From the NCBI GenBank assembly GCA_964016885.1, contig OZ024740.1, positions 363,568,001-363,632,000 on the forward strand: 64,000 nucleotides of DNA, in the 5' to 3' direction. Each line of letters starts with the position of its first letter. The stretch's first letter is position 1. Of the stretch, positions 13,301-28,300 are shown one piece after another. Below the pieces are notes generated by a model, which saw nothing but the letters and a program-made list of their open reading frames with translations, had not been told where the DNA came from and searched no databases. This DNA comes from Eledone cirrhosa. Lineage: Eukaryota. A program made the translations under genes and the position numbers.

Positions 13301-16300
13301 ATGCTGGTCCACAACACACATTACATCCCAATACTGGTCCACAACACACATTTCCTCCTGATGCTGGTCCACAACACACATTACCTCCCAATACTGGTCC
13401 ACAACACACATTAACTCCCAATACTGGTCTACAACACACATTACCTCCTGATGCTGGTCCACAACACACATTACCTCCCAATACTAGTCCACAACAGACG
13501 TTACCTCCCAATACTGGTCCACAACACACATTACCTCCCAATACTGGTCCACAACACACATTTCCTCCCATTACTGGTCCACTACACACATTACCTCCCA
13601 ATACTGGTCCACAACACACATTACTTCCCAATACTGGTCCACAACACACATTACCTCCCAATACTGGTCCACAACACACATTACTTCCCAATACTGGTCC
13701 ACAACACACATTACTTCCCAATACTGGTCCACAACACACATTACCTCCCAATACTGGTCCACAACACACATAACCTCCTGATGCTGGTCCATAACACACA
13801 TTCCATCCTGATGCTGGTCCACAACACACATTTCCTCCTGATGCTGGTCCACAACACACCTTTCCTCCTGATGGTGGTCCACAACACACATTACCTCCCA
13901 ATACTGGTCCACAACACACATTACCTCCCAATACTGGTCCACAACATACATTACCTCCCAATACTGGTCCACAACACACATTACCTCCCAATACAGGTCC
14001 AAACACACATTACCTCCTGATGCTGGTGCACAACACACATTCCCTCCTGATGCTGGTCCACAACACACATTACCTCCCAATACTGGTCCACAAAATACAT
14101 TACCTCCCAATACTGGTCCACAACACACATTCCCTTCCAATACTGGTCCACAACACAGATTCCCTCCCAATACTGGTCCACAACACACATTACCTCCTGA
14201 TGCTGGTCCACTACACACATTACCTCCCAATACTGGTCCACAACACACATTACCTCCCAATACTGGTCCACAACACACATTCCCTCCCAATACTGGTCCA
14301 CAACACACATTCCCTCCCAATACTGGTCCACAACACACATTACCTCCCAATACTGGGCCACAACACACATTACCTCCCAATACTGGTCCACAAAACACAT
14401 TAACTCTCAATACTGGTCCCCAACACACATTACCTTCCAATACTGGTCCACAACACACATTAACTCTCAATACTGGTCCCCAATACTGGCCCCCAACACA
14501 CATTACCTCACAATACTGGTTCACAACGCACATTACCTCCCAATACTGGACAACAATAGACATTACCTCCTGATGCTGGTCCACAACACACATTACCTCC
14601 CAATACTGGTCCACAACACACATTTCCTCCTGATGCTGGTCCACAACACACATTACATCCCAATACTGGTCCACAACACACATTCCCTCCCAATACTGGT
14701 CTACAATACACATTACCTCCTGATGCTGGTCCACAACACACATTACCTCCCAATACTGGTCCACAACACACATTACCTACTGATGCTGGTCCACAACACA
14801 CATTACCTCCCAATACTGGCCCACAACACAGATTACCTCCCCATACTGTGCCACAACACACAGTACCTCCCAATACTGGGCCACAACACACATTACCTCC
14901 CAATACTGGTACACAACACACATTCCCTCCTGATGATGGTCCACAACACACATTACCTCCTGATACTGGTCCACAACACACATTACCTCCCAATACTTGT
15001 CCACAACACACATTACCTCCCAATACTGGTCCACAACACACATTACCTCGCAATGCTGGTCCACAACACAGATTCCCTCCTGATACTGGTCCATAACACA
15101 CATTACCTCATGATACTGGTACACAACACACATTACCTCCCAATACTGGTCCAAAACACACGTTACCTCCCAATACTGGTCCACAACACACATTCCTTCC
15201 CAATACTGGTCCACAACTCACATTAACTCCCAATACTAGTCCACAACACACATTACCTCCCAATGCTGGTCCACAACACACATTCCCTCCCAATACTGGT
15301 CCACAACACACATTACCTCCTGATGCTGGTTCACAACACACATTACCACCTGATGCTGGTCCACAACACACATTACCTCCCAATACTGGTCCACAACACA
15401 CATTACCTCCCAATACTGGTCCACAACACACATTACCTCCCAATACTGGTACACAACACACATTACCTCCTGATGCTGGTCCACAACACACATTACGTCC
15501 CAATACTGGGCCACAGCACAGATTACCTCCCAATACTGGGCCACAACACACATTACCTCCCAATACTGGTCCACAACACACATTACCTCACAATACTGGG
15601 CCACAACACACATTACCTCCCAATACTGGTCCACAAAACACATTAACTCTCAATACTGGTCCCCAACACACATTACCTTCCAATACTGGTCCACAACACA
15701 CATTAACTCTCAATACTGGTCCCCAATACTGGTCCACAACGCACATTACCTCCCAATACAGGTCCACAATAGACATTACCTCCTGATGCTAGTCCACAAC
15801 ACACATTACCTCCCAATACTGGTCCACAACACACATTTCCTCCTGATGCTGGTCCACAACACACATTACCTCCCAATACTGGTCTACAATACACATTACC
15901 TCCCAATACTGGTCCACAACACACATTACCTACTGATGCTGGTCCACAACACACATTACCTCCCAATACTGGCCCACATCACAGATTACCTCCCAATACT
16001 GGGCCACAACACACAGTACCTCCCAATACTGGTCCACAACACACATTACCTCCCTATACTGGTCCACAACACACATTACCTCCCAATACTAGTCCACAAC
16101 ACACGTTACCTCCCAATACTGGTCCACAACACACATTCCCTCCCAATACAGGTCCACAATACACATTCCCTCCTGATACTGGTCCACAACACACATTACC
16201 TCCCAATACTTGTCCACAACACACATTACCTCCCAATACTGGTCCACAACACACATTACCTCCCAATACTGGTCCACAACACACATTACCTCGCAATGCT

Positions 16301-19300
16301 GGTCCACAACACAGATTCCCTCCTGATACTGGTCCACAACACACATTACCTCCCAATACTGGTCCACAACACACATTCCCTCCTGATACTGGTCCACAAC
16401 AAACATTCCCTCCTGATGCTGGTCCATAACACACATTACCTCATGATACTGGTCCACAACACACATTACCTCCCAATACTGGTCCAAAACACACGTTACC
16501 TCCCAATACTGGTCCACAACACACATTACCTTCCAATACTGGTCCACAACACACATTCCTTCCCAATACTGGTCCACAACACACATTAACTCCCAATACT
16601 GGTCCACAACACACATTACCTCCCAATGCTGGTCCACAACACACATTCCCTCCCAATACTGGTCCACAACACACATTACCTCCTGATGCTGGTTCACAAC
16701 ACACATTACCTCCTGATGCTGGTCCACAACACACATTACCTCCCAATACTGGTCCACAACACACATTCCCTCCTGATACTGGTCCACAACACACATTACC
16801 TCCTGATGCTGGTCCACAACACACATTACCTCCCTATACTGGTCCACAACACACATTCCCTCCCAATACTGGTCCACATCACACATTCCCTCCCAATACT
16901 GGTCCACAACACACATTCCCTCCTGATGCTGGTCCACAACACACATTACCTCCCAATACTGGTCCACATCACACATTACCTCCCAATACTGGTCCACAAC
17001 ACACATTACCTCCCAATACTGGTACAGAACACACATTCCCTCCTCATACTGGTCCACAACACACATTCCCTCCTGATGCTGGTCCACAACACACATTCCC
17101 TCCCAATACTGGTCCACAACACACATTCCCTCCTGATGCTGGTCCACAACACACATTCCCTCCTGATGCTGGTCCACAACACACATTACCTCCTGATGCT
17201 GGTCCACTACACACATTACCTCCCAATACTGGTCCACAACACACATTACCTCCCAATACTGGTCCACAACACACATTCCCTCCCAATACTGGTCCACAAC
17301 ACACATTTCCTCCTGATGCTGGTCCACAACACACATTACGTCCCAATACTGTGCCACAGTACAGATTACCTCCCAATACTGGGCCACAACACACATTACC
17401 TCCCAATACTGGTCCACAACACACATTACCTCCCAATACTGGGCCACAACACACATTACCTCCCAATACTGGTCCACAAAACACATTAACTCTCAATACT
17501 GGTCCCCAACACACATTACCTTCCAATACTGGTCCACAACACACATTAACTCTCAATACTGGTCCCCAATACTGGCCCCCAACACACATTACCTCCCAAT
17601 ACTGGTTCACAACGCACATTACCTCCCAATACTGGTCCACAATAGACATTACCTCCTGATGCTGGTCCACAACACACATTACCTCCCAATACTGGTCCAC
17701 AACACACATTTCCTCCTGATGCTGGTCCACAACACACATTACCTCCCAATACTGGTCCACAACACACATTCCCTCCCAATACTGGTCCACAACACACATT
17801 CCCTCCTGATGCTGGTCCACAACACACATTACCTCCCAGTACTGGTCCACAACACACATTACCTCCCAATACTGGTCTACAACACACATTACCTCCCAAT
17901 ACTGGCCCACAACACACATTACCTCCTGATGCTGGTCCACAACAAACGTTACCTCCCAATACTATTCCACAACAAACATTACCTCCAAATACTGATCCAC
18001 AACACACATTACCTCCCAATACTGGTCCACAACACACATTACCTCCCAGTACTGGTCCACAACACACATTCCCTCCTGATGCTGGTCCACAACACACATT
18101 ACCTCCTGATGCTGGTCCACAACACACATTACCTCCCAATACTGGTCCACAATACACATTACCTCCCAATACTGGTCCACAACACACATTACCTCCCAAT
18201 ACTGGTCCACAACACATATTACCTCCCAATACTGGTCCACAACACACATTTCCTCCTGATGCTGGTCCACAACACACATTCCCTCCCAATACTGGTCCAC
18301 AACACACATTCCCTCCCAATACTGGTCCACAACACACATTACCTCCCAATACTGGTCCACAACACACATAACATCCTGATGCTAGTCCACAACCCACATT
18401 ACCTCCCAATACTGGTCCACAACACACATTCCCTCCCAACACTGGTTCACAACACACATTACCTCCCAATACTGGTCCACAACACACATTCCCTCCCAAT
18501 ACTGGTCCACAACACACATTACCTCCCAATACTGGTCCACAACACACATTACCTCCCAATACTGGTCCACAACACACATTACCTCCCAATAATGGTCCAC
18601 AACACACATTAACTCCCAATATTGTTCCACAACACAGATTACCTCCCAATACTGGTCCACAACACACATTACCTCCCAATACTGCTCCACAACACACATT
18701 ATCTCCTGATGCTGGTCCACAACACACATTACCTCCCAATACTGGTCCACAACACACATTCCCACCTGATGCTGGTCCACAACACACATTACCTCCTGAT
18801 GCTGGTCCACAACACACATTACCTCCCAATACTGGTCCACAACACACATTACCTCCTTATGCTGGTCCACAACACACATTACCTCCCAATACTGGTCCAC
18901 AAAACACATTCCCTCCCAATACTGGTCCACTACACACATTACCTCCCAATACTGGTCCACAACACACATTACCTCCCAATACTGGTCCACAACACACATT
19001 GCCTCCCAATACTGGTCCACAACACACATTACCTCCCAATACTGGTCCACTACACACATTACCTCCCAATACTGGTCCACAACACACATAATTTCCTGAT
19101 GTTGGTCCATAACACACATTCCCTCCTGATGCTGGTCCACAACACACATTCCCTCCTGATGCTGGTCCAGAACACACATTACCTCCTGATGCTGGTCCAC
19201 AACACAAATTACCTCCCAATACTGGTACACAACACACATTACCTCCTGATACTGGTCCACAACACACATTACCTCCCAATACTGGTCCACAATACTCATT

Positions 19301-22300
19301 ACCTCCCAATACTGGTACACAACACACATTACCTTCCAATACTGGTCCACAATACACATTACCTCCCAATACTGGTCGACAACACACATTACCTCCCAAT
19401 ACTGGTCCACAACCCACATTAAATCCCAATACTGGTACACAACACACATTACCTCCTAATGCTGGTCCACAACACACATTACCTCCCAATACTGGTCCAC
19501 AACACACATTACCTCCCAATACTGCTCCAGAACACACATTACCTCCTGATGCTGGTCCACAACACACATTACCTCCCAATACTGGTAACAACACTCATCA
19601 CCTCCCAATACTCGTCCACAACACTTATCACCTCCCAATACTGGTCCACAACACACATCACCTCCCAATACTCGTCGACAACACACATTACCTCCTGACG
19701 CTGGTCCACAACACACATTACCTCCCAATACTGATCACCAACACACATTACCTCCTGATGCTGGTCCACAACACACATTACCTCCCAATACTGGTCTACA
19801 AAAACATTAGCTCCCAATACTGGTCCACAACACACATTACCTCCCAATACTTGTCCACAACACACATTCTCTCCCAATACTGGTCCACAACACACATTCC
19901 CTCCCAATACTCGTCCACAACACACATTCCCTCCTGATGCTGGTCCACAACACGCATTACCTCCTGATGCTGGTCCACAACACATATTCCCTCCCCATAC
20001 TGGTCCACAACACACATTCCCTCCTAATACTGTTCCACAACACACATAAACTCCCCATAATGTTCCTCAACATACATTCCCTCCCAATACTGGTCCACAA
20101 CACACATTCCTTCCTAATACTGGTCCCCAAAACACATTACCTCCCAATAGTGGTCCACAACACAGATTAACTCCCAATACTGGTCCACAACACAAATTAC
20201 CTCCCAATACTGGTCCCAAACACACATTACCTCCCAATACTGGTCCACAACACACATTCCCTCCCAACACTGGTCCACAACACACATTACCTCCCAATAA
20301 TGGTCCACAACACACATTACATCCCAATACTGGTCCACAACACACATTACCTCCCAATACTGATCACCAACACATATTACCTCCTGATGCTGGTCCACAA
20401 CACACATTACCTCCCAATACTGGTCTACAAACACATTAGCTCCCAATACTGGTCCACAACACACATTCTCTCCCAATACTGGTCCACAACACACGTTCCC
20501 TCCCAATACTCGTCCACAACACACATTCCCGCCTGATGCTGGTCCACAACACGCATTACCTCCTGATGCTGGTCCACAACACACATTACCTCCCGATACT
20601 GGTCCCCAACAAACATTACCTCCCAATACTGGTCCACAACACACATTACCTCCCCATACTGGTCGACAACACACATTCCCTCCTAATACCGTTCCACAAC
20701 ACACATTGCCTACCCATAATGTTACTCAACACACATTACCTCCCAATACTGGTCCACAACACACATTCCTTCCTAATACTGGTCCCCAACACAAATTACC
20801 TCCCAATACTGGTCCCCAACACACATTACCTCCCAATACTGGTCCACAACACACATAACCTCCTGATGCTGGTCCATAACACACATTCCATCCTGATGCT
20901 GGTCCACAACACACATTTCCTCCTGATGCTGGTCCACAACACACCTTTCCTCCTGATGGTGGTCCACAACACACATTACCTCCTGATGCTGGTCCACAAC
21001 ACACATTACCTCCCAATACTGGTCCACAACACATATTACCTCCCAATACTAGTCCACAACACACGTTATCTCCCAATACTGGTCCACAACACACATTACC
21101 TCCCAATACTGGTCCACAACACACATTACCTCCCAATACTGGTCCACAACATACATTACCTCCCAATACTGGTCCACAACACACATTACCTCCCAATACT
21201 GGTCCAAACACACATTACCTCCTGATGCTGGTGCACAACACACATTCCCTCCTTATGCTGGTCCACAACACACATTACCTCCCAATACTGGTCCACAAAA
21301 TACATTACCTCCCAATACTGGTCCACAACACACATTACCTCCCAATACTGGTCCACAACACACAATCCCTTCCAATACTGGTCCACAACACAGATTCCCT
21401 CCCAATACTGGTCCACAACACACATTACCTCCTGATGCTGGTCCACTACACACATTACCTCCCAATACTGGTCCACAACACACATTACCTCCCAACACTG
21501 GTCCACAACACACATTCCCTCCGAATACTGGTCCACAACACACATTTCCTCCTGATGCTGGTCCACAACACACATTACGTCCCAATACTGGGCCACAGTA
21601 CAGATTACCTCCCAATACTGGGCCACAACACACATTACCTCCCAATACTGGTCCACAACACACATTACCTCCCAATACTGGGCCACAACACACATTACCT
21701 CCCAATACTGGTCTACAAAACACATTAACTCTCAATACTGGTCCCCAACACACATTACCTTCCAATACTGGTCCACAACACACATTAACTCTCAATACTG
21801 GTCCCCAATACTGGCCCCCAACACACATTACCTCCCAATACTGGTTCACAACGCACATTACCTCCCAATACTGGTCCACAATAGACATTACCTCCTGATG
21901 CTGGTCCACAACACACATTACCTCCCAATACTGGTCCACAACACACATTTCCTCCTGATGCTGGTCCACAACACACATTCCCTCCCAATACTGGTCTACA
22001 ATACATATTACCTCCTGATGCTGGCCCACAACACACATTACCTCCCAATACTGGTCCACAACACACATTACCTACTGATGCTGGTCCACAACACACATTA
22101 CCTCCCAATACTGGCCCACAACACAGATTACCTCCCAATACTGTGCCACAACACACAGTACCTCCCAATACTGGGCCACAACACACATTACCTCCCAATA
22201 CTGGTCCACAACACACATTCCCTCCTGATGATGGTCCACAACACACATTACCTCCTGATACTGGTCCACAACACACATTACCTCCCAATACTTGTCCACA

Positions 22301-25300
22301 ACACACATTACCTCCCAATACTGGTCCACAACACACATTACCTCGCAATGCTGGTCCACAACACAGATTCCCTCCTGATACTGGTCCACAACACACATTA
22401 CCTCCCAATACTGGTCCACAACACACATTCCCTCCTGATACTGGTCCACAACAAACATTCCCTCCTGATGCTGGTCCATAACACACATTACCTCATGATA
22501 CTGGTACACAACACACATTACCTCCCAATACTGGTCCAAAACACACGTTACCTCCCAATACTGGTCCACAACACACATTCCTTCCCAATACTGGTCCACA
22601 ACTCACATTAACTCCCAATACTAGTCCACAACACACATTACCTCCCAATACTGGTCTACAAAAACATTAGCTCCCAATACTGGTCCACAACACACATTAC
22701 CTCCCAATACTGGTCCACAACACACATTCTCTCCCAATACTGGTCCACAACACACATTCCCTCCCAATACTCGTCCACAACACACATTCCCTCCTGATGC
22801 TGGTCCACAACACGCATTACCTCCTGATGCTGGTCCACAACACATATTCCCTCCCCATACTGGTCCACAACACACATTCCCTCCTAATACTGTTCCACAA
22901 CACACATAAACTCCCCATAATGTTCCTCAACATACATTCCCTCCCAATACTGGTCCACAACACACATTCCTTCCTAATACTGGTCCCCAAAACACATTAC
23001 CTCCCAATAGTGGTCCACAACACAGATTAACTCCCAATACTGGTCCACAACACAAATTACCTCCCAATACTGGTCCCAAACACACATTACCTCCCAATAC
23101 TGGTCCACAACACACATTCCCTCCCAACACTGGTCCACAACACACATTACCTCCCAATAATGGTCCACAACACACATTACATCCCAATACTGGTCCACAA
23201 CACACATTACCTCCCAATACTGATCACCAACACATATTACCTCCTGATGCTGGTCCACAACACACATTACCTCCCAATACTTGTCTACAAACACATTAGC
23301 TCCCAATACTGGTCCACAACACACATTCTCTCCCAATACTGGTCCACAACACACGTTCCCTCCCAATACTCGTCCACAACACACATTCCCGCCTGATGCT
23401 GGTCCACAACACGCATTACCTCCTGATGCTGGTCCACAACACACATTACCTCCCGATACTGGTCCCCAACAAACATTACCTCCCAATACTGGTCCACAAC
23501 ACACATTACCTCCCCATACTGGTCGACAACACACATTCCCTCCTAATACCGTTCCACAACACACATTGCCTACCCATAATGTTACTCAACACACATTACC
23601 TCCCAATACTGGTCCACAACACACATTCCTTCCTAATACTGGTCCCCAACACAAATTACCTCCCAATACTGGTCCCCAACACACATTACCTCCCAATACT
23701 GGTCCACAACACACATAACCTCCTGATGCTGGTCCATAACACACATTCCATCCTGATGCTGGTCCACAACACACATTTCCTCCTGATGCTGGTCCACAAC
23801 ACACCTTTCCTCCTGATGGTGGTCCACAACACACATTACCTCCTGATGCTGGTCCACAACACACATTACCTCCCAATACTGGTCCACAACACATATTACC
23901 TCCCAATACTAGTCCACAACACACGTTATCTCCCAATACTGGTCCACAACACACATTACCTCCCAATACTGGTCCACAACACACATTACCTCCCAATACT
24001 GGTCCACAACATACATTACCTCCCAATACTGGTCCACAACACACATTACCTCCCAATACTGGTCCAAACACACATTACCTCCTGATGCTGGTGCACAACA
24101 CACATTCCCTCCTTATGCTGGTCCACAACACACATTACCTCCCAATACTGGTCCACAAAATACATTACCTCCCAATACTGGTCCACAACACACATTACCT
24201 CCCAATACTGGTCCACAACACACAATCCCTTCCAATACTGGTCCACAACACAGATTCCCTCCCAATACTGGTCCACAACACACATTACCTCCTGATGCTG
24301 GTCCACTACACACATTACCTCCCAATACTGGTCCACAACACACATTACCTCCCAACACTGGTCCACAACACACATTCCCTCCGAATACTGGTCCACAACA
24401 CACATTTCCTCCTGATGCTGGTCCACAACACACATTACGTCCCAATACTGGGCCACAGTACAGATTACCTCCCAATACTGGGCCACAACACACATTACCT
24501 CCCAATACTGGTCCACAACACACATTACCTCCCAATACTGGGCCACAACACACATTACCTCCCAATACTGGTCTACAAAACACATTAACTCTCAATACTG
24601 GTCCCCAACACACATTACCTTCCAATACTGGTCCACAACACACATTAACTCTCAATACTGGTCCCCAATACTGGCCCCCAACACACATTACCTCCCAATA
24701 CTGGTTCACAACGCACATTACCTCCCAATACTGGTCCACAATAGACATTACCTCCTGATGCTGGTCCACAACACACATTACCTCCCAATACTGGTCCACA
24801 ACACACATTTCCTCCTGATGCTGGTACACAACACACATTACCTCCCAATACTGGTCCACAACACACATTCCCTCCCAATACTGGTCTACAATACACATTA
24901 CCTCCTGATGCTGGCCCACAACACACATTACCTCCCAATACTGGTCCACAACACACATTACCTACTGATGCTGGTCCACAACACACATTACCTCCCAATA
25001 CTGGCCCACAACACAGATTACCTCCCAATACTGTGCCACAACACACAGTACCTCCCAATACTGGGCCACAACACACATTACCTCCCAATACTGGTCCACA
25101 ACACACATTCCCTCCTGATGATGGTCCACAACACACATTACCTCCTGATACTGGTCCACAACACACATTACCTCCCAATACTTGTCCACAACACACATTA
25201 CCTCCCAATACTGGTCCACAACACACATTACCTCGCAATGCTGGTCCACAACACAGATTCCCTCCTGATACTGGTCCACAACACACATTACCTCCCAATA

Positions 25301-28300
25301 CTGGTCCACAACACACATTCCCTCCTGATACTGGTCCACAACAAACATTCCCTCCTGATGCTGGTCCATAACACACATTACCTCATGATACTGGTACACA
25401 ACACACATTAACTCCCAATACTAGTCCACAACACACATTACCTCCCAATGCTGGTCCACAACACACATTCCCTCCCAATACTGGTCCACAACACACATTA
25501 CCTCCTGATGCTGGTTCACAACACACATTACCACCTGATGCTGGTCCACAACACACATTACCTCCCAATACTGGTCCACAACACACATTCCCTCCTGATA
25601 CTGGTCCACAACACACATTCCCTCCTGATGCTGGTCCACAACACAAATTACCTCCCAATACTGGTCCACAACACACATTACCTCCCAATACTGGTCCACA
25701 ATACTCATTACCTCCCAATACTGGTCCACAACACACATTACCCCCCAATACTGGTCCACAACACACATTACCTCCCAATACTGGTCCACAACACACATTA
25801 CCTCCCAATACTGGTCCACAACACACATTACCTCCCAATACTGGTCCACAACACACATTACCTCCCAATACTGGTCCACTACACACATTACCTCCCAATA
25901 CTGGTCCACAACACACATAATCTCCTGATGCTGGTCCATAACACACATTCCCTCCCAATACTGGTCCACAACACACATTCCCTCCTGATGCTGGTCCACA
26001 ACACACATTTCCTCCTGATGCTGGTCCACAACACACATTCCCTCCCAATACTGGTCCACAACACACATTACCTTCCAATACTGGTACACAACACACATTA
26101 CCTCCTGATACTGGTCCACAACACACATTACCTCCCAATACTGGTCCACAACACACATAACATCCTGATGCTGGTCCATAACACACTTTCCCTCCTGATG
26201 CTGGTCCAGAACACACATTACCTCCCAATACTGGTCCACAACACAAATTACCTCCCAATACTGGTACACAACACACATTACCTCCTGATACTGGTCCACA
26301 ACACACATTACCTCCCAATACTGGTCCACAATACTCATTACCTCCCAATACTGGTACACAACACACATTACCTTCCAATACTGGTCCACAATACACATTA
26401 CCTCCCAATACTGGTCGACAACACACATTACCTCCCAATACTGGTCCACAACACACATTACCTTCCAATACTGGTCCACAATACACATTACCTCCCAATA
26501 CTGGTCGACAACACACATTACCTCCCAATACTGGTCCACAACCCACATTAAATCCCAATACTGGTACACAACACACATTACCTCCTAATGCTGGTCCACA
26601 ACACACATTACCTCCCAATACTGGTCCACAACACACATTACCTCCCAATACTGCTCCAGAACACACATTACCTCCTGATGCTGGTCCACAACACACATTA
26701 CCTCCCAATACTGGTCCACAACACTCATCACCTCCCAATACTCGTCCACAACACTTATCACCTCCCAATACTGGTCCACAACACACATCACCTCCCAATA
26801 CTCGTCGACAACACACATTACCTCCTGACGCTGGTCCACAACACACATTACCTCCCAATACTGATCACCAACACACATTACCTCCTGATGCTGGTCCACA
26901 ACACACATTACCTCCCAATACTGGTCTACAAAAACATTAGCTCCCAATACTGGTCCACAACACACATTACCTCCCAATACTGGTCCACAACACACATTCT
27001 CTCCCAATACTGGTCCACAACACACATTCCCTCCCAATACTCGTCCACAACACACATTCCCTCCTGATGCTGGTCCACAACACGCATTACCTCCTGATGC
27101 TGGTCCACAACACATATTCCCTCCCCATACTGGTCCACAACACACATTCCCTCCTAATACTGTTCCACAACACACATAAACTCCCCATAATGTTCCTCAA
27201 CATACATTCCCTCCCAATACTGGTCCACAACACACATTCCTTCCTAATACTGGTCCCCAAAACACATTACCTCCCAATAGTGGTCCACAACACACATTAC
27301 ATCCTGATGCTGGTCCACAACACAGATTAACTCCCAATACTGGTCCACAACACAAATTACCTCCCAATACTGGTCCCCAACACTCATTACCTCCCAATAC
27401 TGGTCAACAACACACATTCCCTCCCAACACTGGTCCACAACACACATTACCTCCCAATAATGGTCCACAACACACATTACCTCCCAATACTGGTCCACAA
27501 CACACATTACCTCCCAATACTGATCACCAACACACATTACCTCCTGATGCTGGTCCACAACACACATTACCTCCCAATACTGGTCTACAAACACATTAGC
27601 TACCAATACTGGTCCACAACACACATTCTCTCCCAATACTGGTCCACAACACACGGTCCCTCCCAATACTCGTCCACAACACACATTCCCGCCTGATGCT
27701 GGTCCACAACACGCATTACCTCCTGATGCTGGTCCACAACACACATTACCTCCCGATACTGGTCCCCAACAAACATTACCTCCCAATACTGGTCCACAAC
27801 ACACATTACCTCCCCATACTGGTCGACAACACACATTCCCTCCTAATACCGTTCCACAACACACATTGCCTACCCATAATGTTACTCAACACACATTACC
27901 TCCCAATACTGGTCCACAACACACATTCCTTCCTAATACTGGTCCCCAACACAAATTACCTCCCAATACTGGTCCCCTTCACACATTACCTCCCAATACT
28001 GGTCCACAACACACATAACCTCCTGATGCTGGTCCATAACACACATTCCATCCTGATGCTGGTCCACAACACACATTACCTCCCAATACTGGTCCACAAC
28101 ACATATTACCTCCCAATACTAGTCCACAACACACGTTATCTCCCAATACTGGTCCACAACACACATTACCTCCCAATACTGGTCCACAACACACATTACC
28201 TCCCAATACTGGTCCACAACATACATTACCTCCCAATACTGGTCCACAACACACATTACCTCCCAATACTGGTCCAAACACACATTACCTCCTGATGCTG